Shown here piece by piece: positions 39,252-50,991 of a stretch of DNA of 64,000 nt. The notes beneath the pieces were generated by a model. The model was not told the origin of the DNA and searched no databases. It worked only from the letters and a program-made list of their open reading frames with translations. This DNA comes from Selaginella moellendorffii (lineage: Eukaryota; Plantae; Lycopodiophyta). The position numbers and the translations under genes are program-made. How positions within the stretch are numbered: position 1 is the stretch's first letter; each line of letters starts with the position of its first letter. The DNA is taken from the NCBI RefSeq assembly GCF_000143415.4, contig NW_003314274.1, positions 1,316,851 through 1,380,850 on the forward strand, given 5' to 3'.

Positions 39252-40999
39252 CTTGAAACGCTCCAAGAGCTCGCGCTTCGCGTACAAAAACTTTAGAAGC
39301 AAGGTGATGTACCCTGGAGCCATAGCTTCTGTTTTTTGCTTCATCAACGCTCGTTTCTCTCCCGGCCATTTATTTCCCAGATCCATGAGATGGCTGAAGA
39401 AAAGAAATCGAAAAGTATTCATATGAACTTCGGTATTAATCCTTGCGTTGCATCGAGGCACCATTGAGCTCATTCAATTAAAGAGACTGTGACTTTGATT
39501 GATCACGTCGATGGAGCGTGTCCTCACGCTGCGAGGCTGTTATAAGTATTCATCGAAGAATAGTAAGGAGGTACTGTCTGGCTTTGAGTGATCGCTTCGC
39601 TATGGAAGTTTGGCCTTCTTCTCCAGAGCAGGTTGGTTTCCGCTGCATCCGCATTCGTTTCACTTCGGTTTCTGCAGCTTCTCGTTGAGCGGACTCGAGA
39701 GCATCCGCGCTTTCTGGAGCGTTACAAATCTTTCCAGTCCTACGCCACCAAACGCCGAGAAGCCGAGGTTGATCTTTCTATTTATCTACATCAAGTTTAA
39801 GGGATCCGATCTGATCGTCTCTCGCAGGGATGGTACTACGCTACTTGCACGCCAGGAAGCGAGGTGAAGCTCCTAGCACTGGACTGCGAAATGGTTGAAT
39901 GCATCGGCAACGAAGAGCAGATCGTCCAGTTATGCGTCGCGGACCGAGACTGTAAGGTTACAGTCGCGGTTTCTCGACGATACTTCTCACATTTCATGTT
40001 CGTCCGCAGAAGCTGGTGGACATTCTTGTGAAACCCAGCCGACCAATCGTCGATTATCGCACTCCTGTTCATGGAATCACAGCGCAAGACCTCAACAGAG
40101 CAGCCTACTGTACTCAGAAAGATGCCCAGGTACTAAATTCTAGATCTTTCTTTTGAGCCAAAGTTTTGTGATGGTTTCCTTCAGGATAAGCTGGTAGAAC
40201 TACTCACTCCTGGGACCATCTTGGTTGGCCATACGTTGTCCCATGATCTAGAAAGTAAGCGGTACTTTAATGTTTTTTTCTGAGCGGTAATACTTGGGTT
40301 TGAAGTATTGAAGATCAGCTATCCGCGGGTCATTGATGTTGGGCTGCTTTTCAAAACAAATCGCGAGGCTACTGTTGGGCTCAATGATCTCTGCAAGGTA
40401 AGATCTTTCAGGCCCAAATCCTCGAGACGAAGTTTCCGTGTGAACTACTCAGATTATCTTGGGATTTGATATGCGAGGCGAAGATGGAAGGCACGATTGC
40501 TTCCAGGATACCGTTGCTGCAATGAAGCTTGCGCTTCACGAACTTGTGCGTCCAACTCTTGGGGCTCTTGACCTGGCGGTAAGACTTAAGACTTGAGAGG
40601 CGGTCGAGCTGATCACTCTACTAACATTTTCGTGAAGCAGGCGATTAATGAGAACAAACTTCTCATTCACGGAATTCCTGCGTCCATCACTGCTGATAAC
40701 TTGAGTAACCTGTTTGCTATAAAGTGCACAGTAAAGGTAGTAGCTTGAATATGTTTCTTGTGAACAGCATGTACGACGTGGAAATGGAGGCTTTGGTTCC
40801 ACAGTCGCAGAGTTTATTTCGAAATCCGATGCGCAGGACGCTTTCAACCGTCTTCCTGGTCACTGCGCGAAGGTACATCCATGGCCAACTTTTCTCTAAA
40901 TTATTTTGCGAAACACAGAATGCCAGGTTTGGACAAGACCAGAAATGTGTGTTCGTTAAAGGCCTCACCAACGTTCTCATTCGCAAAATGGACCAGTAG
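39252..40999 (+). CDS. Small RNA degrading nuclease (SDN)-like DEDDh exonuclease; 5' structure uncertain
   Basis: LALDCEMVEC, VKPSRPIVDYRT..HGI, ILVGHTLSHDL, LNDLCK, HDCFQDTVAAMKLA. Confidence 0.8.
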
Positions 41000-41099
41000 T
41001 TTTGGTTTTCTGAGGAGAACGTATCTTTGAGAGCATGAAGAACACAAGAAAATCTCGAAGACACTCGTTTTGCAAAGCTAGACTATATACATGCAAGTC

Positions 41100-42096
41100 A
41101 AACCTGATAAAATGTTCTATCTCATTACCAGTTTCTTGGAATGAAAGAACAATCTTTGGCGAGAGATTAAATAAAAGAGAGTAGAAAAATAAAAGAAAGA
41201 AAATCTTCTCGGTTCCTTTCGAGCTCTCCCTTCTTCCTCGAGTGGCAGCGTCGACGGACGGCGCAAGAACCGATCCCAGAAATGGAGACGCGCTCTTCTT
41301 TAGCGATCCGCCATTGACACTCGCCGGGAGTCCATTTCCCATGCTCGTCCATCCCTCCATGGAGTCCACCTCTACGTCCTTGTGTGTGTAAACAACTCCT
41401 CGGTCGCCTTGGACGACCTGACCGTTCCCTCGTAGCAACCTGGACAGGAGAAAGTGAGCGCCGGATGGAATCAAACCACGCAAGTCTCTATCATACCACC
41501 GAGTTATCCCTCTACGCCAACAGGCCCTCTTGCGTGGATCCGGCTTGTGCTGATTCCAACCTTGAAGGAAAGTTGGAAAAGCTTCGTATCATCTAATGCT
41601 GGAAATGTAAAAGAAAACGTACCTCCGCTCCGAGACCAAAGCGTGTCCCGTCCGAAAACCGGGTGCTTGCGTTGTGGAAGACTGCAGCACTGCCATTCCA
41701 ATAACTGGGTTTCAAATCACAGCCAAAAGAGAAAAGAGAAGTCGGAAAAAACAGCAAACCTGTCCAATTGTTGCAAGAATAGCTCCGCGACTTCCTTGTC
41801 CTCCGTTACTATGCAGTCGGTGTGGGCACTGGAAGAAACGACAGTTCGCAACAAGCGACATCAGGCCAGACAACGCACCTCCCGTGTTCGTGAATGTGAT
41901 TTATGGCGGCGTGAACGTCTTTTACGACCTCCACGGTGCATGCTAATCCACTGTATTCATGGTGGAACTTGGTTATTTTCGGAATGTTGAGAAGCTTTGA
42001 CGCTCTTTCCCCACCATTTAGTGTCACTCCTGGATAGCGGTTATAAGTTAGAAGAAAACAAAATGTGTAGCGACAAGACAAACCTGCAGACTTCAA
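41100..42096 (-). pseudogene. Duplicated 3' fragment of P5CS
   Basis: Near-identical to ~46800-47811; lacks all upstream exons; GLLTTRW region damaged; CGA where the intact gene has its TGA stop. Confidence 0.92.
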
Positions 42097-42733
42097 ATCG
42101 CGAGGCTACTGTTGGGCTCAATGATCTTTGCAAGGTAAGATCTTTCAGGCCCAAATCCTCGAGACAAGTTTCCGTGTGAACTGCTCAGGTTATCTGGGAT
42201 TTGCTATGCGAGGCGAAGATGGAAGGCACGATTGCTTCCAGGATACCGTTGCTGCAATGAAGCTTGCACTTCACGAACCAAACTCTCCGGGGAATAGTAT
42301 ACCTCTCTCGCCTAAAATGCTGTGTCTCTTGGAAGAAACTTTTCCCATGGTGTTCTTGTGGGGAGCTGCATATTATTTTAGACGGTGTAAGGAGAATGTC
42401 ATAGAAGCGAGAGAAAGTTGGATGGCCAAATTCCGCAAATGCCTGCTTTGTATCGTCCGACTATCAAAACTTCTGCTTCTGTGGTGACCAAGAAAGGTCG
42501 GAGTTTAAGGACAGCTTGTCTTTCCTGTCCCTGTTTGATTCTCGGCCTTTTTCTTCCTTGGTATCAACACCACTATACTAGACACCATGTTTCTCATCCC
42601 GGCTCGTTGCTTTCCAGAAGCCTGCCACTTCTTTCATCAAAGGTTAAGACTATCTTAAGAAATAAAGAATATATGAGAATATACGAAAGATAAGGGTTAG
42701 GGCAAATTTATCACAGATCGAAGCAAGATGTAA

Positions 42734-43600
42734 GACTGCTATATTATTTTAGACATAGATGAAACATTAATCACGGAAGCAAAAGATTCAAAATATGTAT
42801 ATCATGTAGCCGAAACCTTTTATACACCAATGCATGCGAGCCGTGAATTCTTGTCAGCTCTTAATGCAATCCCCAACGTGCGGATGCACTTTTTTAGCTC
42901 CGGTAGGGAGTGCAGGAACATACCTCTTGTGCAACAGATCATGGAGGGTTGCTGCTTAAAGTGTAGCTATGATACCTTTTCTATGTCTCACATGACAAAG
43001 GAATCTGGTTGTTGGGATTACAAAAAGAAGTTGGAGAACTTGGGTTTTGAGCTTCCATGGACCATCATGGTGGACGAGGAATCCCCGGATGTTGCGGCTA
43101 CTGGCGAAGAGATTAACTTCTTGGAGATGTATTATTTCGGTCAATCAGAGCATCCACGAGATCGGCAAGTGCTAAGGCTGCGCAGAGAAAACAGTTTGAT
43201 CCAAGCTCTCGGTTTGATAATCTGGGCTTTGGAATTGTCAATGATAGCAAATTGCACTTTGGTTCAAGCTTTGGTTGCAATACAGTGGGACCAACATGGC
43301 AGGTATGCCCATCAACGAACGAATGCAATGCAAGTTTATGAAGTTGGGCTTGCCGCAATGCAAAAAATAAATCAAAGCATCACACTCTTGGGTTGCAACA
43401 GTGATGCTACTGTCTATCCATGGTCCGAACTAGAGATGGATGATCATGCAAAGGCCCATCAAAAGTTTTGGAGGATTGGGTTTGGGAAGCAAAAGTTAGA
43501 CAGACTAATGATGCATAGACTGCAATTGGATGTTTCTCTCCCAGCAGTTCAGACTCGTGATGTGGAAGATCTTTGTATTGATGCATTGTATTGCCAATAA
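42734..43600 (+). CDS. FCP1/NIF-like HAD phosphatase (possibly pseudogenised)
   Basis: In frame upstream of the track's ATG: YIILDIDETLI (DxDxT); then EFLSAL..HFFSSG, YKKKLENLGFELPWTIMVDEESP; in-frame TAA at 42731. Confidence 0.7.
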   Translation, partial: DCYIILDIDETLITEAKDSKYVYHVAETFYTPMHASREFLSALNAIPNVRMHFFSSGRECRNIPLVQQIMEGCCLKCSYDTFSMSHMTKESGCWDYKKKLENLGFELPWTIMVDEESPDVAATGEEINFLEMYYFGQSEHPRDRQVLRLRRENSLIQALGLIIWALELSMIANCTLVQALVAIQWDQHGRYAHQRTNAMQVYEVGLAAMQKINQSITLLGCNSDATVYPWSELEMDDHAKAHQKFWRIGFGKQKLDRLMMHRLQLDVSLPAVQTRDVEDLCIDALYCQ

Positions 43601-43683
43601 CACAAGAAGCTTTGTCGAGACGCAGGGAAGAGAAACTCAAGTAAATCAGCGTGGGGAGGGGCTTGTAAAAATAGCCACTAATA

Positions 43684-43848
43684 AATATATTGAGTTTCTT
43701 AGAATCTATAACAAAACGAAGAAGTCGTTCTCATTTCTTGTACTGCATTGTGAAGTTGCTTAACGACAATATATTGAGTTTCTTAGAATCTATAACAAAA
43801 TGAAGAAGTCGTTCTCATTTCTTGTACTGCACGGTGAAGTTGCTTAAC
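43684..43848. repeat. Two-copy tandem repeat, period 84 bp
   Basis: aatatattgagtttcttagaatc...gttgcttaac starting at 43684 and 43768. Confidence 0.95.
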
Positions 43849-46800
43849 CATACCTCGTATATCAGGCCTGGGCATTAAATGAAAGAATACAAAAGAAAAC
43901 GACAGTGGAAACAAAAAGAAGCAAAAGATTTTTCTTTTCCTTTTTATTGGGACTTCGATAGGCTAGATGTTTTTTGTTTACAGATTCCGCATTTGGTCGA
44001 GCTTAGGAGTTGAACGTCTTCAGTACGACGAGCTTGAGTTTCAAAGGAGGCCAAACTGATGTGGTTAGTCGAATAAATTATTGCGACTCATTCCTTTATA
44101 CCGGTACATGCTTGGGGCTACTCAACCATGAACTTCTCTCTGGAGCTCAAGCAAATGGTGAAAGCGCTGCATATAGTAGGCTGAAATTTTCCAAGCACTG
44201 TGTTCTGTCATGATGACAAAGTCCGCTTTTTCTGTGAGATGGCGATGCCGGGTCGGGTGCTTTGCCGTGAGCTTTCTCTCGGGCCTCCTCCTGGTCAAGA
44301 CGATGCTTCAAACACCTGTTCTCCATCAACATACTGGAGATCACATGATCAAGACACTCATCTTCATGCAAGATGCTCATAATCATACATAATACCTTCA
44401 TGATCAAGCCACAAGCGAAACAAAACTTCTTGACTTCAGGGGTCTTGTACTTGTCCTTGAGATCGCTCTTGAGAACTTGCCAGCCAAGATATGCCTTGCT
44501 CAGGATCTCAGTGACCTCCATCTTGTGCCCCTTTGGGTGATAAGATTTGGGAGCAGCACCCAAGTGATTGATGTGATGGTGACCCCAACTGAGTGACTCC
44601 TCTCACATATAGTTGAGGGGTACACCAGAACTCCTGAAATATCCTGACATCAAATCTCGCTTGACTGTGGTTGAAGTACAAGAGAAAATCCAAGTTTCTT
44701 CTATTGCTTATTACATCACACTCCATTGCTCTGTCATCCTCTCTTTCTTTCCTTGCTTCTCCTTTTATCCTCTTTTCTTCTATGGTTTTTTTCCTATGTT
44801 TTTCCTCTCTTCTTTTCCTTGCACTCTTAACTCTCTTTTTAACCTTTATTCTCCCAAACACAAGAATACTTAATCTATTAGTTAACTTTTTTTTCTCGTT
44901 CTTTTCTTTTACTTTCCATCTTCCATGTCTAATTCAATCTATATTATTCTCTCTTCTGGAAAATCTTTCATTCCCTCAACTTTACCACCTTTTTTGCTCT
45001 AAACCAAGGTGGAAGCATTTACCTTTGCTTCCAAGTCCACAATTTGGGATGAAAATCCAATTGACACCCTTGAAGGATCATCAGTTGCAGTCATGGATAA
45101 GCTGATGCTACAGGGGAACTTGCCTCTTCTAGTATCCAGATTGCTAATCCCATGTCAAGGAATCTCCTCATGCAGTCTTTACCTCAGACTGCTTGCTCTT
45201 GCCCTCAGCCTCATATGTCTTCGGTGGCAATGCTGGCTACGATCACTGAACCAATCTCCTAGTGCATGGAACGCCTCCTCGATAATGAATGCTACACATT
45301 GCTCTGAGATCCCCTTACTGGAATCCAGCACAAAAGAGTGGGAGGACGTGAACGAAATTGATAAGAGATTCTTCAGCAAGAGTCTTTTCATTATTAGAGG
45401 AAATGACCACTGGCTCTTCCATTTAATCATGCTGCAGCTGCTAAATCTTCACCAAGGTGTTGCTCCTCCTTACCCAATCTCTTGAAGTCACAACCAATAC
45501 GCATTTAAAGTGCCAACGATTCACCATTGTGAATATTAGGGAAAGCTGACTGTAAGAGAAGAAAGTGCCACTTGTTGCTAGTGCCATATGCCAGCATGCA
45601 TACCTCTCTATTCTTCCCACTCTTTTCTCTCCCTTTCTGTTTTTCCACTTTTCTTTCTATTTTCATGATCCTAACGCGGTTTAGATGCTCTAGCGGTATC
45701 TAATGATCAAGTCTTGGGTCTCTTCACCTTGATAGACCTGATTATAGGACGAAAACAATGTCAGAACAGAAAACTAAGACATTTCAAGGCGGAGTGCACG
45801 AAAAAAAACATTTAAAAGGAAGAAGAAAAGAACAAACATCTCGCAAGCGGCGGGTGATGTCCTGGTGTTCCAGTGAAAATATCCAAAAACCTGAAGAGGA
45901 TGCTCGTAATTGAAAAAAGGTGTCGCAAGCGTGATCGTCATCGATAGTTCTTCTCTTTTCCTTTGGCATTTATGATCTTCTTGATCTCGCATTTCACAAA
46001 GTAATTGTATGAGCACGAGCAAAGAGATAAAATCATGGTCTTTAAGCATGTACACCCTGGAACTTGCCCACAGCGGCGCATACATCCCAGCGTAGCTCCT
46101 ACAACAAAAGTATCAGCACCGAGCGCTAAAGAATCACTAACTGGCAATCTGAGCAGACGCACAGCATTGCCACTTGATTTCCTTCCCAGACCGGCAAGGC
46201 GATGCGTGTGCCGCGAGCACGGAAATCCAGCTACCATCGAACATATTCGAGAAAAGAGGTTTCTGCTTTTCTCCTCTCAGAGTTGAAAAGCAGAAAGGCT
46301 CTTGACATGGCAGTAAGACTTAAGACTTGAGAGGCGATCGAGTTGATCACTCTACTAACATTTTCGTGAAGCAGGCGATTAATGAGAACAACTTCTCATT
46401 CACGGAATTCCTGCGTCCATCACTGCTGACAACTTGAGTATCCTGTTTGCTATAAAGTGCACAAGCAAATGTCTGTATAGCTTGAACATTCGTGCATATA
46501 TGTTTCTTGTGAACAGCATGTACGACGTGGAAATGGAGGCTTTGGTTCCACAGTCGCAGAGTTTATTTCGAAATCCGATGCGCAGGACGCACTGCGCGAA
46601 GGTACATCCATGGCCAACTTTTCTCTAAATTATTTTGCGAAACACGGTTTGGACAAGACCAGAATTGTGTTTTCGTTAAAGGCCTCACCAACGTTCTCAT
46701 TCTCGTAAAATGGACCAGTAGTTTTGGTTTTCTGAGGAGAACGTATCTTTGAGAGCACGAAGAACACAAGAAAATCTCGAACTAGACTATATACATGCAA

Positions 46801-46944
46801 GTCAAGCCTGATAAAATGTTCTATCTCATTACCAGTTTCTTGGAAGGAAAGAACAATCTTTGGCGAGAGATTAAATAAAAGAGAGTAGAAAAAAAAAAGA
46901 GAAAAGAAAATCTTCTCGGTTCCTTTCGAGCTCTCCCTTCTTCC

Positions 46945-49900
46945 TCAAGTGGCAGCGTCGACGGACGGCGCAAGAACCGATCCCAGAAATGGAGACGCGC
47001 TCTTCTTTAGCGATCCGCCATTGACACTCGCCGGGAGTCCATTGCCCATGCTCGTCCATCCCTCCATGGAGTCCACCTCTACGTCCTTGTGCGTGTAAAC
47101 AACTCCCCGGTCGCCTTGGACGACCTGACCGTTCCCTCGTAGCAACCTGGACAGGAGAAAGTGAGCGCCGGATGGAATCAAACCACGCCGAGTCTCTATC
47201 ATACCAGCGAGTTGTGAGAAGACCCTCTACGCCAACAGGCCCTCTTGCGTGGATCCGGCTTGTGCTGATTCCAACCTTGAAGGAAAGTTGGAAAAGCTTC
47301 GTATCATCTAATGCTGGAAATGTAAAAGAAAACGTACCTCCGCTCCGAGACCAAAGCGTGTCCCGTCCGAAAACCGGGTGCTTGCGTTGTGGAAGACTGC
47401 AGCACTGCCATGCCAATAACCGGGTTTCAAATCACAGCCAAAAGAGAAAAGAGAAGTCGGAAAAAACAGCAAACCTGTCCAATTGTTGCAAGAATAGCTC
47501 CGCGACTTCCTTGTCCTCCGTTACTATGCAGTCGGTGTGGGCACTGAAAGAAACGACAGTTCGCAACAAGCGACATCAGGCCAGACAACGCACCTCCCGT
47601 GTTCGTGAATGTGATTTATGGCGGCGTGAACGTCTTTTACGACCTCCACGGTGCATGCTAATCCACTGTATTCATGGTGGAACTTGGTCATTTTCGGAAT
47701 GTTGAGAAGCTTTGACGCTCTTTCCCCACCATTTAGTGTCACTCCTGGATAGCGGTTATAAGTTAGAAGAAAACAAAATGTGTAGCGACAAAACAAACCT
47801 GCAGACTTCAATGCGGACGCTAGCGTCTCCAAGCCTCCAGTGTCAACTAGATCCTCATGGACCAGTAGAGTTTCCTGCATTAGAAAAAATAAAAAAGAAA
47901 ATAAGCGATCGGTCAGTAACTGAAATGCATGTGAAACGGAATTCTGTACCATAGCGTTGCATGCGGCTGGATAATCTACTTTAGAATCAATGGCGATCTT
48001 TGTAGCGACGTCCAGACGGGCAGCCTTGTCTACGTAGACATGGCAGATACCATCTAAAGGGTTTTCCATGTGTCAGAAACAGCTTTCGCAATGCGAGGAC
48101 AAACTTTCGCAATGCGAGGACAAAAGTAGCATACCGGCATGGCCCAGCACAGGAATTTTCGTAGACTCCTTGATTTGTGAAACAAGTTTATTGCTTCCTC
48201 TTGGTATAACGAGGTCAATAACATCGTCAAGCTGAAACCCATGGTAAGAAACGAGCTAACAGCACAAAAGTATAGTTACCTTGAGAAGATCTGGTATCTC
48301 ATCCCTCGACGTAACAAGACCAATGAGCTCTTTTCCCACAGACTTTGGCAGCGCCTCCGTAATCACCTACATTTAGAAACACCACCGTGTAAAGGCACGC
48401 TACCAGCGACAACTGACAAACTGACCTTGTGCAGTATGGCATTAGAACGGGCAGCCTCTTTACCACCCTTGAGTAGCAGGCCATTTCCACTTTTAATGGC
48501 CAGGGAGGCAATCTGCAAAATAGAAACGATAGAAAGGGGAACAAAAATTAAAAAATCCAGACACCGTACCTGGACGAGTGCATCGGGACGAGACTCGAAA
48601 ATAACAAGTATAACCCCCAAAGGACAGGAAGTTTTGTCCAAAGTAAGGTTCTCCGCGACCTAGTAGTTGCAAAATAAGAATGTTGAGAAACAATACATCC
48701 CTTCTAATGAGCTCACTTCAGTCCTCTGCAAAATACTACCAATTGGTTCTCTCATATCTGCGAGGGCCCGGACTGCCTTGGCCAAATCAGCAATCTGCAG
48801 GAAAGTAAAAAACAAGATATCGAAGGATAATGGCTATAACAACCAACAAGATCAAACCTTGCCAGGCTTAAGAGTCAGCCTGCTGAGTAGCGGCTTTGCG
48901 ATGCCCAACTCTTCGGCCAACCTTACATCTGCTTGGTTCTCACTTCGAATAGTCTCTTCGTTTCTCTCGAGCGCGTCTGCAACGTCGTACAAAATGTTTT
49001 GACGCTCCCCGGACGTGAGACTCTGCAAGCCAGGATTAGCAACTCCAGACACGGTACGTTAAAAGACAAACTCAACCTGCAAGCGCCGACTTGAATCCCT
49101 TGCAGCCACAGCCATCAACCGGGCATCATTATTTATCGTAAGAGTCCAAATATGTGCATCCTTATGAAACAAGGTCCCAATAGAATCCCCCCTCAAAACC
49201 CTGTGAAATCCGTCTGGAGTGTATCCACTGCGCACAGGAAGAAGAACCATGAGAAACTTTCAAAGTAGAACTCGACGTGTACCTGGTAATAACAACCGGA
49301 ATACCAGCAGATGCAACTTCCCTCGCAGCAGTCACCTTGGTCGTCATCCCTCCTCTACCATACCTTGACTTCTCGCCAAAAGTGATGGTTTCGTGTTGAG
49401 CAGGAATGTACGTGCTGATCAATTTCGAGGAAGGATCGGAAGGAGGTCCCGTGTAAAGACCCTCAACGTCACTCAGCAGGATTAGCAGATCCACTTTTAG
49501 TTCCAGAGCCAACAAAGCCGCCAGGCTATCGTTGTCCCAAAAGATACCCGAAGAATCCTGTAGAGAAAACGCTCGTTATGTTTCAATGTCATAGAAGTTT
49601 CAATATACCCAACCTTGTATGGAGCTCTCCTCGTACTCATTGCATCGTTCTCGTTAAAAATCGGCACAACCCGTAGTTGCAACAACGTATCGACAGTCTC
49701 ACAGAGCTGCTTTCTAAACTCGGGATCAATAAATTCCCTGTCCGTCACAAGGAGCTGCGACGAAGCAACATCCAGCTGGAAAAACACATCCAAGGTGACC
49801 ACGATCGAGAAAAGAAATCAATCATCGACCCAGCAATAAGTAAAGAATCAAACCAACCTGGCTGAAAATACTATCGTACAAAGCCATCAGCCCGGCCTGA

Positions 49901-50532
49901 CCGATGGCAGCACAAGCTTTTCCGCTCAACTCGGCTTGAGGCTTTTGCAGATCTGCAAAGCTGGAACACAATCGTGAAGCTTGTTAGTTTTTTTTCATGT
50001 GGAAAGGGTCAAGCTCGCAAGCGCAAACACGACGATCACCAAAGCAACTTCACCTAAACAAACCAAAAGGAAGCAGAAGTGGTGAATGACTCTTCTGACT
50101 TGCCTGCTGTTCATCATGCGCTGCTGTCGAAGCTTCTGACGCCCGACAGCCACAGCACCAGAGGTTACAACGATCACCTCGATATGATCATCCATAATGT
50201 CCTTCACCTGGAAAAAAATTCCCCGTCATGCCTCGAGAAAGAGAAAAAAGAAAGAAAAAAATCGTCCTTTCCAGCGCGGGCAGCGAGGAGGAGAAGAGCA
50301 AATTCTTGCTTACTTGCTCGCACAATGCACCAAGCCGGCCAACAGCGAGCTTCCCATCCGGCCGCGTCACGACCGACGTTCCAACCTTTGGCAAAGCAAG
50401 CGCAAAGCACAACGAGAATTTCTCAGACACCGAGAGGAGGAGAATCACTCCAAAATATTTCGCTCATACCTTGACAATCACGCGTCGCACATCCCTCGTG
50501 AATTCCCGCGATGGATCGATCTGCTGCCTCAT
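46945..50532 (-). CDS. P5CS: Delta-1-pyrroline-5-carboxylate synthase, multi-exon
   Basis: [99 protein letters not shown]. Confidence 0.97.
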
Positions 50533-50991
50533 TGTGGCGCGGGGGATAGATCGATCCGGCGGCCGCGCGACGGGAGGATTCCAATGCAGCTAGCTGGCGT
50601 GTGGCGCGGCGCCGCGATGGCGGTGGCGATGGCGATGGCGCGCGACGCAGTCAAGAAGAGCCCTAAGCGCTAAGCCGCCGTGAGCTACCGCCGCGTCCAC
50701 TCCCTAAACAAGCAGCCCCTTGAAAGAAAGAAAATTTAGCAAAAATCGGTATATATACGAGTTTTTGTGCAATGGAGGAGGGCATGCGAGCTATTTAATG
50801 GAGAGTAGACAGTCAGTGAGCAGTGCCAGTCTCAAATATCACGACAAAGGCTCTTCTTTTTTTCCTTCTTTCTTTCTTCTGGTCCATGGATTCTCCATTC
50901 CAGCCTCTCGGCCATAGAGAGAAATTACTGTGCCGCGAGAGCCATGAACTTTACCTCGCAAGCACCGTGAAATTCATGGAGAGAGTTTCGC

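Larger units (their letters stand above)
42293..46297. mobile_element. ~4-kb insertion absent from the paralogous empty site (~40564)
   Basis: Defined by comparing the duplicate copies; contains a HAD ORF, an 84-bp tandem repeat, a CpG-poor segment and a terminal 12-bp inverted repeat; no clear TIR, TSD or transposase. Confidence 0.65.
42094..46760 (+). pseudogene. Duplicated 3' part of the SDN-like gene, interrupted by a ~4-kb insertion
   Basis: 42094-42292 matches ~40357-40564; 46298-46760 matches ~40564-41040. Confidence 0.88.

Noticed and set aside
48083-48124. 21-bp tandem duplication in a P5CS intron
   Set aside because: Ordinary slippage with no coding effect
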